From assembly GCA_038087875.1 (NCBI GenBank), contig CM075986.1, positions 15,996,001 to 16,060,000 on the forward strand: a stretch of DNA of 64,000 bases. The letters run 5' to 3'. Each line of letters starts with the position of its first letter. Position 1 is the stretch's first letter. This stretch comes from Malacoraja senta (taxonomy: Eukaryota). Shown here one piece after another: positions 37,321 through 48,503 of the stretch. The notes below the pieces were generated by a model. It made no database searches. It had not been told where the DNA came from and worked only from the letters and a program-made list of their open reading frames with translations. Made by a program: the position numbers and the translations under genes.

Positions 37321-37523
37321 AGAATGAACTGCAGATGCTGGAAAATCGAAGGTAGACAAAAATGCTGGAAAAACTCAGCGGGTGAGGCAGCATCTATGGA
37401 GCGAAGGAAATAGGCAACGTTTCGGGTCGAGATTGAAGTAGGGTCTCGACCTGAAACGTTGCCTATTTCCTTCGCTCCATAGATGCTGCCTCACCTGCTG
37501 AGTTTCTCCAGCATTTTTGTCTA
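37321..37523. mobile_element. Penelope-derived fold-back element
   Basis: 80-bp inverted arms at 37353-37432 and 37444-37523. 17-bp near-TSD ATATAA(G/A)TTTTAGTTTC at 37304-37320 and 37524-37540. Confidence 0.8.
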
Positions 37524-39365
37524 ATATAAATTTTAGTTTCTGATGTGGAAGATTTGTTTCTGTTGAGTTTGGACAAGGAATTCCTCTGCTATCTGGTTCT
37601 TCATCTGAGAGCACATAAAGAGCGTCAACACAAGGGCACCAGGTACAACGGCAGAGGCTCATTTTGTGTATGTGGTTTTAGAGGGCTGGGGCTGGTCAAC
37701 TAAGTGATAAACCGTAAAGTCAATAATCTAAGCAAGTTCTCTGCTATTATCACCTGGGGCACAATGTAATTGAAACACTTTCACTGCATTGGGTTGGGAG
37801 GGGACTTGTCTTGGGATCAAACAATGGTTAAACTCGGACATTTATTTTTGGTTACTCTGCTGTTCGCACTGGGGGAAATCGTTTAATTATTTTGAATGCT
37901 CTTTATTATTCAATTCATCAAATTTCCTTTTATAAAGAAATCCAGAGCTCTAGTGGTTCCTGATGTGGGTATCCAGTATCCAGCAAGACCGATTTCGGTT
38001 TGGCTCCCTCCTCCGCACGTGCTACATCTAGGTTTATGTGTAGAGAATGCACATGAGCCGACTAGAATCGTAGCATTTGTCCTGGTACTGGCCAGTACAG
38101 GTATAGGGGATATTAGGGCAATCTAAGGGGAATGTGAAACAGCAATGCAGCAAAAGAATATCTTATTGCCAAGCAGATGTTTTTGGATCCCAATTGTTGC
38201 TCTGAGTAAAATATACCCAGTCCCAACACTCGCTGAAAAGTCCAGTTATTAAAGACTTTCACTGGCAGTACCCGCCTTTGTCTTGTGCAAATAGTTTGTG
38301 TTGTCGACAGCTCATAGTAAATGTAACAGTGACTGGCCTTATCCTCGGATTTATAACCTGATTGAGTTCTCCATTTGATGCTTTTATTTTTAGCTATCAA
38401 TTATCTTTTGTTCTGTGCCATTTAAATTTCAGATTTGTATAGCACAGCCTGAGTTTTTGTATTGACAGTATTTGTAGTGTGTATAGAGATATTTAAAGTA
38501 TTAATGCATGCTGTTTGAGGGGCAAAGCTGATTAGCGAATGCTACCACCATTTGCTTACCTATCTGGATCTCTGTCCAGTGGTTGGTGAGGGCTTTTGTT
38601 TTAAGGAGGTTGCACACCTGCTTGGCTTCAAACTTGTGTACTGCTTATGCAGTCCTGGTGCTTTTAGATAGTCTTCAGAGTTGGGCTTCCATAGTTTAAT
38701 CAGCATTTAAACAGGCAGCCAACTGCAAGCCTAGGCTCTCCTTCTCCACAGTGTACTGTATCTGAAAACTGAAGCCTTTCTTTGTTGTAATGTTACAATC
38801 TGTATGTCATCTCTAGTCCATACCTTCTTATGTTTTTTTTCATAAATGTTAGATGTAATGTAACTCTAAAGGCCTCTCCGTTTTACTGTGTTGCTGCTGG
38901 TTGAGCTTAGTTGCTGCCTGTTTTTTGAGTCAGGTGTGTACATCAGACAGGCCGGGATCTTTTGTGTGTTTTTTATTCCTGGTGTTTTGATCTCATTAAC
39001 CAATATGCCCATGACATGGTGTGAGCTGGACATGTTTGTACTGAATTCCTTCCCTGCTATTTATGAGGATTTTAATTTTGATCCAACACTTGCAGCTGAT
39101 TCCCCAAGGTCTACTTTGAAGACAAGTGTGTTTGTGGTTTGAAATAGAATCCATCTTGCAATGAAGAAATAATTCATCTTTAATTTAAAATGTCCTCAAA
39201 TTTCTGTTTGTCCACTTCTGTATGCTGTAAATGGCACTTTTAGTATTTATATTGTGCGATTTATTTTTGTTCAATTTCCGTTAATTATTGAATGCATAGC
39301 TGATTGCTTTCTTAGAACTGTAGAATGTTTACAATGGAATATATATAAGATGTTAACTTTTTCTT

Positions 39366-39371
39366 AATAAA
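39366..39371 (+). terminator. DCAF7: Candidate distal DCAF7 polyadenylation signal
   Basis: AATAAA closing a repeat-poor U-rich stretch, followed ~20 nt later by T/GT-rich sequence. Repeat-dense DNA resumes soon after. Confidence 0.5.
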
Positions 39372-39829
39372 ATTATTGAAGCGTGTCAATATTTTGTTTT
39401 TCTATTATGCATTTTTCTTCAATTTTTTACGTTTACAAAGTGACCTAGTATTGCAGAGATCACGAGGCAAGATCAACTGGATAATGTCGATGTATAACTG
39501 GACTTGATGGCAGCCATCATTTCACTTAAGTCACATACCAGTCATTTATCTTGCCTTAGTGTTTGCCAAAGACTGATAGGGCTCTGCTGTGGATTGCTTC
39601 TGTTGGATGTTTCTATTTCAGTTATGCACTAAATCCAGGCAAGCAGCTGAGAAAGGCTTTCTTTAATGCATCAGCGTGTGTTTCTCTAGTCTGGCATTGA
39701 TAAGAGATATTTGGTTTTGCTTGCAATAGTAGGTCTTTCCTTGGTAGGAGCCAGACATGCAGTACATTAAGGAGGAGTCTGTTTTACAGTCTGCACCTTT
39801 GGTTCTCGTTGAGGAGGTCTCTTAAGAAT

Positions 39830-40890
39830 GGTATGCATAAAGCATGGGCTCATTGAGGATAGTCAGCATGACTTTGAGTGGGGAGTTCATGCTTCATGAA
39901 CTTGATTTTATGAGAAGGTGACAAAGATGAATTCAATCAGTAGCTGTTGTGTATTTGGAATTTTAGTAAAGCATTTAACCACGTCCTTTGTGGTAGGCTC
40001 ATGAAGATCAAGACACGTAGGATCCATGGAAACGTAGATTGGATTCAAAATTGGTTTGGCCAAAGAAGACAAAAGATAGTGGTGAAAGAGTGTTATTCTC
40101 TCTGGAGGTCTGGGACCAGGGATCAGTGTTGCAACCTCATGTTTGATATGTTATTTGGACAAAAATGACGGCTGATTAGTAAGCAGGCGACATAAAATTT
40201 GACAGTTGTGGATAGTGAGAAGATTGTCAAAAGATAGAGCAAGATATAGATCAGATGAAAGTACAGACAGGCAAATGAGGTTTGATCAGAATTGGTACAA
40301 GATGGTACATTTTGCAAGGTCAAATGTAAGAGAAAAGTATACAGTAAATGGCAGGAACCTTGAGAGCATTGATGGAGAGAGAGATCTTAGGCTGCAAGTC
40401 CATAGCTCCCTGAAAGTGGCAGCACAAGTAGATAGTCATTTAAAAGGTGTACCACAGACATGCCTACATTGGTTGGGGCATTGAGTGTAAAAGTTGGTCA
40501 ATTTTGCTGCAGCTGTATAAAACGTTGGTTAAGCCATATTTGGAGTATTATCTGCACCAAATTAAGGATGTGGAGGGTTTGAAGAGTGCAGAAGAGGTTC
40601 ACCAGGATGGTACACAAAAATGCTGGAGAAACTCAGCGGGTGCAGCAGCATCTATGGAGCGAAGGAAATAGGCAACGTTTCGGGCACATTTTGGCTACAT
40701 GGTGAGTGCCTGGAGCGTACTGTCGGGGGGGGGGGGGTGATAGAAGCAAATAGGATACCAATATTTGTGGCATTTAGACAGGCACATGGACACTCAGGCT
40801 TGAAACCTTATACAAGCAGAATCGATTAGTTTAAATTGGCATCGTCAGCTTGATTTAATGGGACAAAGCGTTCCTATGCTGTATTATTAT
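39830..40890 (+). mobile_element. CR1 LINE reverse-transcriptase and 3' fragment
   Basis: Degenerate motifs SQHDF...FSKAFNHV...WIQNWFGQRRQKIVV...RDLRLQVHSSLKVAAQVD...LQLYKTLVKPYLEY. A small Penelope-derived piece sits at ~40610-40685. Confidence 0.75.
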
Positions 40891-41733
40891 GCTGATGAGA
40901 TCTCTTTGATGCTTGATCTGGGAGATCATTGTGATGCCTTGAGTTTGAGCCAGTCCTGGAAGAATGTTTTGCTAATGCAAAGTTCACTGTATCTCCATCC
41001 GTTTTTGCTTATATTTCTCATGACTTGGCCCCCAGGGCAAATCATTCTCGCAGTGATCAGCCCCATCTATCTGAAGTTCCTGCTATATGTGTCAAGACCA
41101 CCAAAATTGAAAGGTGAAGAAGTGATTTTAAAAGCCAATTATGAGATTAAGAAAAAATGGCACCGTTGAGTTCCAGACGTTGGAAATGCTGGAAACGACA
41201 AGCTCAAAGGGGGAGAGTGCACTGAGTCTTGATTTCAGAGATCATTGGAGAAATGTTTGGAAATACTTTAATCTCCTAATCTTTCCGCAACGCCCTCTAG
41301 CACTTAGACGTTGGTGAAGTAGTTGCTGGCAGTTCTGCATTGAACTTTGTCCAATGGTTCTTTATTGTCACGTATGCACTGCACACTGAAATTCTTACAC
41401 CTGTCGTCATATTTTGGCGAATGAAGAATGAGACTATCAGTTGAAAGGTAGGATCACAGCACTGAAAATCGAGAGTAAACATTTGTGGGATGTGTAAGAA
41501 GGGACTGCAGATGCTGGTTTAAACCGAAGATAGGAAGGAGTCCAAAAAATGGGGAATTACAGAGCAATTAGCCTGATATCAAGAATAGGGAAATGTTGGT
41601 ATCTGTTATTTAAGGAAGTGGTAATATGGGAAATATAAATAGGATGCAACAGATCATCATGAATGACAAATTAGTTTGGGGGGGGGGGGTTAGGTTGTAA
41701 CAAGCAGAATATGTAAAGCAATGAATGGATGTA

Positions 41734-41876
41734 AAAACAAAATGCTGGAGAAACTCAGCGGGACAGGCAGCATCTCTGGACAGAAGGAATTCTTTCTATT
41801 CTATCCAGGGATGTTGCCTGTCCCGCTGAGTTACTCTATCTGTGGTGTAGACCAGTATCTGCAGATCCTTCCTTCA
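41734..41876. mobile_element. Penelope-derived fold-back element
   Basis: Inverted arms. Perfect 15-bp TSD CAATGAATGGATGTA at 41719-41733 and 41877-41891. Confidence 0.75.
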
Positions 41877-43749
41877 CAATGAATGGATGTAGTTTTGTAG
41901 TACTTTTAGAAAGATAAAGTGGCACACAGGGTTAATAAACAAAATTAAAGCAAATGGACGTGATAACTGGCCCTTATAATGCAACACAAGAAATATACAA
42001 CTTTTAAATAAGTCAGAAAGTCAGCTTTCGTGTTGACAAACACACCAATCTTTCCAGTGGCAGTCAGGACAAGACACGGCAGGGGAAACCTTGAGGACAT
42101 TCAAGTGCTGATGTGATTATGAGAGATACGAGGTGGTCCTAGCAAGGAAAGCTTGGCTACCTTTCGGAAAGGGCAATAATGGCCCTTTAGTCATTTACTT
42201 CACTTATATATTTCTAGGACTGGAAAGAGCAGATTTCAAATCTCAAACTGCTGGTATTTGAACCACATACTTTTAGTTACAGTAGCTGAGCAGTGCACAG
42301 GCATCATAACAATTACACCCTCACAACTAACAACACCAGCTCAAGGGTAGAGCACATGAACGTAATGAACTGTACATTGTCCATAAAGAGGTATTTGGAG
42401 AGGTTTTCACTGCTTGCATCCCTTTTGATGAATCATTTTCAATGTGGGGGCAGTACTGCAAGTCATTCCTTTTATGAACACTTATCTGAAATACCAGCCT
42501 GTGACAGAATGTAAAACAAAACAAATCTGTTCCCATGCAAGAGGAAATTAATGATGCAGAATAATGACACGCTACAGGCACAGCCTATTCATTAATCCAG
42601 CAGAGCCAGGAATTTGTTGTTGAGATCCAACAGTTTTTGAAGTACAGTAAGTGACCAGAGAAACAGACAGAAGATAGACAGATAAGGAGGATCATTTTAG
42701 GCTGTGAATTGTTATCATCAGGACGGCTCACCATCCAACAACAGAAAATTAGGGGAAATAAATGAGATATCTTCCAAGGTGCCGTGAAGAAAGTGTAGGG
42801 TTTGCTCTTACTTTAAAGTTGATGGGGTTTCTGTTACTCTATTAAACAATGTCAAGTAGTTAACCATTGCCACCTGGACTCAGCTAACAACAACTGCGAG
42901 CATAAAGAAAATAAGGTCAGAAAATACCAAAAACACTCAGCAGATCAGGCAGCATCTGTAGGAGAGATGCAGTTAGTGTTTGAGTTCTGGGTCCCTTTGT
43001 CAGAATACCAGTTGTGTTCACTTGATTCTCTATTTGAGTCAGACAGCGGGCGACAGTGAAACACACTGCACCAGCCAACGTGACAAGATGTGTGGAAATC
43101 ACAGGCAGCCTTAACGTAAGACTGGGTGAGTTTACTAAGTTGTAAAAGTGTGGGGAAACAGAAGGCTTTTGACAAAACTAAAACTAAATAATCACACGCA
43201 GAAAGAGGGCTGAAGATGAGATGCCAGGAAGGCCACAAGTGAGATGTATCGGAAACCTCTGGAAATATGATGAAGTACAGGAGGCATTGAACATTTACTG
43301 GAAGTGTTTGGACATGACGTTTGAGGCTGCGGACATCACAGAGGCTAGGGGCAATAATGGCTCGATTGTAATCATGTATTGTCTTTCAGCTGACTGGTTA
43401 GCACACAACAAACGCTTTTCACTGTCCCTCGGTACACGTGACAATAAACAAAACTGAAACTGAAGTTAAAGGAGAAAATGCAGAGATCGTTGAGCAGAGT
43501 GGCCTCCAACACTCACTCAACAGGAACAAACCTGCTGGAACCCTGGAGTGCAGAGACCTCTCATTCGGTGAAGTCGCTGAGAAGTAAAGACACATTTAAC
43601 CAGCACCAGCCACGACATTGCTGAGTTACAGGCTCAGTCCCGGTGACCGGATGCCAGGGGGGTAGTTGGGATACAGTGACAGTCTGAGACTGCCAACAGG
43701 GCAGGGAATCTCAGCACATTCTTGGTCAGAGAGCTGAAGGTCAGGTTAG

Positions 43750-44052
43750 GTACACAAAAATGCTGGAGAAACTCAGCGGGTGCAGCAGCATCTATGGAGC
43801 GAAGGAAATTGGCAACGTTTCGGGCCGAAACCCTTCTTCAGACTGATAGGGGGTGGGGAGAAGAAAGGAAAAAAGGAAAAAAGGCGGAGGAGGAGCCCGA
43901 GGGCTGGGGGAGGGGAGGAGACAACCAGAGGGATGATGAAGGGGAGGGGACAGCAAGGGCTAGCAGAATTGGGAGAATTCAATGTTCATGCCCCCAGGAT
44001 GTAGACTGCCCAAGCGGAATATGAGGTGCATTTCCTCCAATTTCCGGTGTTG
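43750..44052 (-). mobile_element. Penelope-like element 3' end: ORF C-terminus, pyrimidine-rich spacer and hammerhead-like motif
   Basis: 44052-43960 encodes QHRKLEEMHLIFRLGSLHPGGMNIEFSQFC*. CTGAAGAAGGGTTTCGGCCCGAAACGTT lies at 43841-43814. Confidence 0.85.
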
Positions 44053-44199
44053 TAGGTCAGGTTAGTGTGGTTGACTGGTGAGAGAACACAAAGGCCAAAC
44101 TGTGACACGCAAGACCCTTTGGGGAGGACAAAGACCAAGGTTGGACGACTGTGCGCATTCCTGGTCACCATGCTGTGTGAAGAATGTGATTGTTGGGGA

Positions 44200-44620
44200 G
44201 AAGCTGCAGAGGTTCACTGGGATGGAGCATTTCAGTTGTGATGAGAAACTGGACAGATTGAGTATATTTTCCTTTGAGTGGAGAAGGCTGAGAATAAAGG
44301 TACTCAAAATTATGACGGTTACAGGTAGAATGGATGGTAGGAAACTTTTCTTCATGACTTTACAACTAGAATGTGAAGGTTTAAAATGAGGAGATTCAGG
44401 GGGAGTTGAGGGGAAATTTTCCATTGCGAGGATTGTTGGAATCTAGAATACGATGCATGAGGGGTGGTGATGACAGACACTCTCACGTTTTTTTTAATAT
44501 TGACATGATCACTTGAAACACCAAGGTATAGAAGGCCAGGGGCCGAGTGCTGGGAATTGGGATTAGTATGGATAGACACATGATGGGCCGAAGGGTCTGA
44601 TTATGCCGTGTGACTGCATG
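44200..44620 (+). mobile_element. CR1 LINE 3' fragment
   Basis: EKLQRFTGMEHFSCDEKLDRLSIFSFEWRRLR, plus the tail gatgggccgaagggtctg. Confidence 0.65.
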
Positions 44621-44957
44621 GCTCTTTGTCAGTGGAGAAGGAGTGTGGAGTCATGTGTGTGCAGAGCTGGCAGCGCAGTGGCTCCAGAAGAGAACAAAGC
44701 CTGACTGGTGATTAGAGGGATTATAGAAACATTGCCTGCTAAGCAATCTGACGCCAGCCCATCGACTGAGCTCAGGATGGCTGTGAATGCATCGAGCACC
44801 CGACTTGGCACAAGACCTTTCCCTGTGGAATGAGGGGCGGTGTTTGAAGCAGGAGTTGAAGGAGGAGCGCAGGTTGAGAAATCTGGAGAAAGTATTGAGA
44901 GAATCTATATCAGTTTAGTTTATTGTCATGTCATGTCAAGTCACATATATTTATATA

Positions 44958-45941
44958 GTTTACCGAGTTACAGTGAAAAGTGTACCGAGTTACAGTGAAT
45001 AGTGTACTGAGTTACAGTGAATAATACAGGTACACATTTATTTATATAGTGTACCGAGGTACAGTGAAAAGCTTTTGTTGTGTGCTAACCAGTCAGCAGA
45101 AAGACAAAACATGATTACATGCGAGCCACTTACTGTGTATAGATACATGATAGGGGAATAACGTTTAGTGCAAGGTAAAGGCAGCAAAGTCCGATCAAGG
45201 ATAGTCTGAGGGTCACCAATGATGGATTTGGGACTGAGGCTGACAAATGCTATGCCTATGGTTACTTGGGAACAGCAACACAGTGCGCACCAGGTCTGCA
45301 TGCATACCCCCCTGCTCTGCCCTTTACACCCATGACTGCGTGAATAACCACAGCTCCAATGCCATCAAGAAATTCACCAACGATGCCACTGTGGGCCTTA
45401 ACACAGCGTATAGGAGGGAGATAGAACACCAGGTTGAGAGGTCCTGGAACAACAACTGTAAAGTCCCAAAATTCCCAAAAGCTGCCGGATGCAGGATACT
45501 CTGTTACATATTTAATCACTTCATCGGTGACCTGTTATAGCGTGTAAAACATGTTTCCTTTTCAAAACAGAGTTTCTCGTTTAAATATAAATTATTCATA
45601 AAACTAGCAATATAGGTGACTCCTGCATCAGGGTAGAGAGTTCATGAACATACTGATTGTCCTTACCTTCGTTCTCTCTTGCTTGCTAAACTAAGAAGTC
45701 GCTAGCCAGTATCTGTTCATTAACAGAAGAACATAATACAGGTACACATTTATTTATATAGTGTACCGAGGTACAGTGAAAAGCTTTTGTTGTGTGCTAA
45801 CCAGTCAGCAGAAAGACAAAACATGATTACATGCGAGCCATTTACAGTGTATAGATACATGATCGGGGAATAACGTTTAGTGCAAGGTAAAGGCAGCAAA
45901 GTCCGATCAAGGATAGCCTGAGGGTCACCAATGATGGATTT
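44958..45941. repeat. 22-bp x3 tandem repeat and a 209-bp direct duplication of a LINE tail (45021-45229 and 45733-45941)
   Basis: Direct comparison shows 4 mismatches in 209 bp. TACCGAGTTACAGTGAA recurs at 44961, 44983 and 45005. Confidence 0.85.
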
Positions 45942-45964
45942 TTGATGGATACAGTGAGATTTTT

Positions 45965-46725
45965 TTTTAGTTTAGTTTAGAGATCCCCGCACATTAACAC
46001 CATCCTACACCCACTAGGGACACATTTTTTTTTAACGTTTACCAAGCCAATTAACCTACAAACCTGTATGTCTTTGGACTGTGGGAGGAAACCGAAGATC
46101 TCGAAGAAAACCCACGCAGGTCACGGGGAGAATGTACAAACTCCGTACAGACAGAAACTGTAGTCGGGATCGAACCCGGGCCTTTGGCGCTGCATTTGCG
46201 GTGAAGGGGCTGTCCCACTGCGGCAACCTAAGTGGCAAGTTTAGAAGAGTTTAGGGAAGTTTGAAAAAGTGTCAAGTTGAAGACCTCCTTCGACCTCATT
46301 AGACCTCATGTTGAAGACTAGCTTCGGGAAAATTGGACACCGAATAGTGGAGAGTGAAGACGACCTCCTTCGATCTCCTTCGACCTCCCTTCGACTATGT
46401 TGAAGACTATCTACAACTACCTTCAACTACCTTTGATTACCTTCGACTACCCTTGATTACCTACGACTAACATGCCGACCTACTACGACCTACTTCGACT
46501 AAACCTACGAGTTAAAAAAAATCGAGCATTTTTCAGCATGTTGAAAAATACGCCGCGACCCAGCTGAGGCTCGAGTATGAAGGAGAGTTACAAAGACCTC
46601 CTAGGACCTCGTGTCGACCATGCTGCGAGTATGAGTCGAGGGCAAACTCTTCTGAACTCGATGATTAGGTTGCCGCAGTGGGACAGCCCCTTAAGGCAGC
46701 AACTCTACCGCTGCACCACCGTGGA
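45965..46725 (-). mobile_element. HE1-like tRNA-derived V-SINE split by a Harbinger MITE
   Basis: Reverse V-domain (gtgggaggaaaccgaag...cacggggagaatgtacaaactccgtacag). B-box lies before the MITE and the A-box region (ctctaccgctgcaccaccgtg) after it. Confidence 0.75.
46205..46691. mobile_element. PIF/Harbinger-type MITE (~490 bp)
   Basis: Perfect 27-bp TIRs AGGGGCTGTCCCACTGCGGCAACCTAA. Flanks are TGA and TAA (an imperfect TAA TSD). Confidence 0.8.
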
Positions 46726-46749
46726 ATAGCCCAGCGGGTCAGACAGCAT

Positions 46750-47247
46750 CTCTGGTCCTCACTCTCAACAACTTCTCCTTCGACTCCTCCCAGTTCCTCC
46801 AAATCAAAGGCATAGTTATGGGCACTCGGCTCGCATGGACCCCAGCCTTCCTCTTTGTAGGGAATGTTGAACAATCCCTGTTCCAGGTGTACGCTGGCCT
46901 TGTCGCAGAACTGGATCTCCCCTACATTGATGACTGCATCGGTGCAACCTCCTGCACCCGTGCAGAACTCATGGACTTCATTAACTTCACTACCAATTTC
47001 CATCCTGCACTCAAATTCACTTGGACACCTCTCTCCCCTTTCTTAGAAACTTCTCATCTCATGGCTGATCATCTAAAATCAGTTCCTGCTTTTTTTCTCA
47101 TATCCCTTAATCTCACCGCCTCCATCGCAGGAGATAGACGATCGACTGATGTCTATTATAAACCGACTGACACCCACAACTAGCTAGACTACATTTCTTC
47201 CCACCCGGCCTCCTGTGAAGACTCTATCCCCTATTCCCAATTCCTCA
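46750..47247 (+). mobile_element. Penelope-like reverse-transcriptase fragment
   Basis: LVLTLNNFSFDSSQFLQIKGIVMGTR...YIDDCIGATSC...TNFHPALKFTW...TDVYYKPTD..LDYISSHP, with an in-frame stop. Confidence 0.85.
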
Positions 47248-47429
47248 AAGAGGCCTTTTTAATTAGTGTGTTTTTCTGACTGGCTCTAATCCTTCAGCTA
47301 AATCCAGCAGTGCGGCAGGGATAATTAATAGCATGCCTCTTTGCAGCAGATGCCATTCCATTTAATCACACCATCTCATCTGGGCAGTAATTCTGCATAG
47401 AGCGGAACAGGTAAACGCTGGGAGCCAGG

Positions 47430-47735
47430 CTACACACTGAGTCAGTCAGTGACACACTGCAGACATCACGCTGACCGGGACACGATGTGAGGCATCCTGG
47501 GGGACAGACTGTGAGAAACGCTATGAGAGACACTGTGATGGATATGAGAGAGACATTGAGTTTGTGAGAGATGCAGTGACACACACACTGAGGGCACTGA
47601 CAGACACTGTGATACTCTCTGTGGCACACACTGTGATAGACGCACTCTGACACCATGACATGCATCGTGAGACACACACTGTGATACACATTGGGAGCTA
47701 CACTGTGCGGTGACACAAACTGTAATGAGACAAGG
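47430..47735. repeat. Degenerate GACACACTGTGA-type minisatellite
   Basis: Many imperfect copies of (GA)CACACTG(TGA). Confidence 0.7.
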
Positions 47736-47739
47736 AATA

Positions 47740-48310
47740 CTCCAACAAACTTCCACAGGTGCACTGTAGAAAGTATCTGACTGGTTGGATCATGACCTGG
47801 CTCAGCAGTTCCAATACACAGGCACGCAAGAGCTGTAGAGAGCGGTAGATTCAGCCTGGTCCCCATCACGAGCACTGCCGCTCCCCACCATGGAAAGCAT
47901 GCACTTGAGGAGCTGCCTCAAGAAGGTGGCATCTATCATCAAGATATCGTCATATCATCTGGGCCATGTCCTCTTCTCACTGCTACCATCGGCAGAAACC
48001 TGACGTCCCACAACACCAAGTTCAGGAACAGCTATTTTCCTACAACCATCAGGTTCTTGAGCCGACCTACGCAACCCTAATCCTATCTCAGCAGTGGGAC
48101 ACTAAGGACCACCTTTTGCACGACCACGGACTTGTTTTATAACTGTGTATTTTTGCACTAATGCCTTTTTACACTCTTTTCCTTCACGCTGTCTTGTAGA
48201 ATTTACATGTAACTTACCGGTAAGTCTAGTTTGTTTTTTATGTGTTGTCTGAGTCTGTCTTCATGTGATGCTGCTATAGACAATATTTTCATAGTACCTG
48301 TATCCCACTG
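47740..48310 (+). mobile_element. Rex1/Babar-type LINE 3' fragment
   Basis: NFHRCTVESI...CLKKVASIIKD...TKFRNSYFPTTIRFL. Confidence 0.7.
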
Positions 48311-48503
48311 ACTTCACTGAGACGCACACTGCCAAGGAGACTCCAACCACCAACCTCAGTAGGTCTGTGTCCTGCTCAGAATCAAGCAGAAAGGATTCAT
48401 GCTGATCAGTTTATCGAGTGTTCAAATTTCAAACAGCTGATATTTCACCTCCCACGTTCAGATACGCTAGCTCTAACAGCAAGTAGTGTTAGCCTCCTAA
48501 CAT

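Noticed and set aside
44958-47735. Short-repeat arrays that could suggest CRISPR-like structure
   Set aside because: Eukaryotic context, degenerate or directly adjacent repeats, no unique constant-length spacers and no cas genes.
47366-47875. 169-aa Cys/His/Val-rich minus-strand ORF
   Set aside because: Translation of a CA/TG-rich minisatellite plus an antisense LINE fragment.
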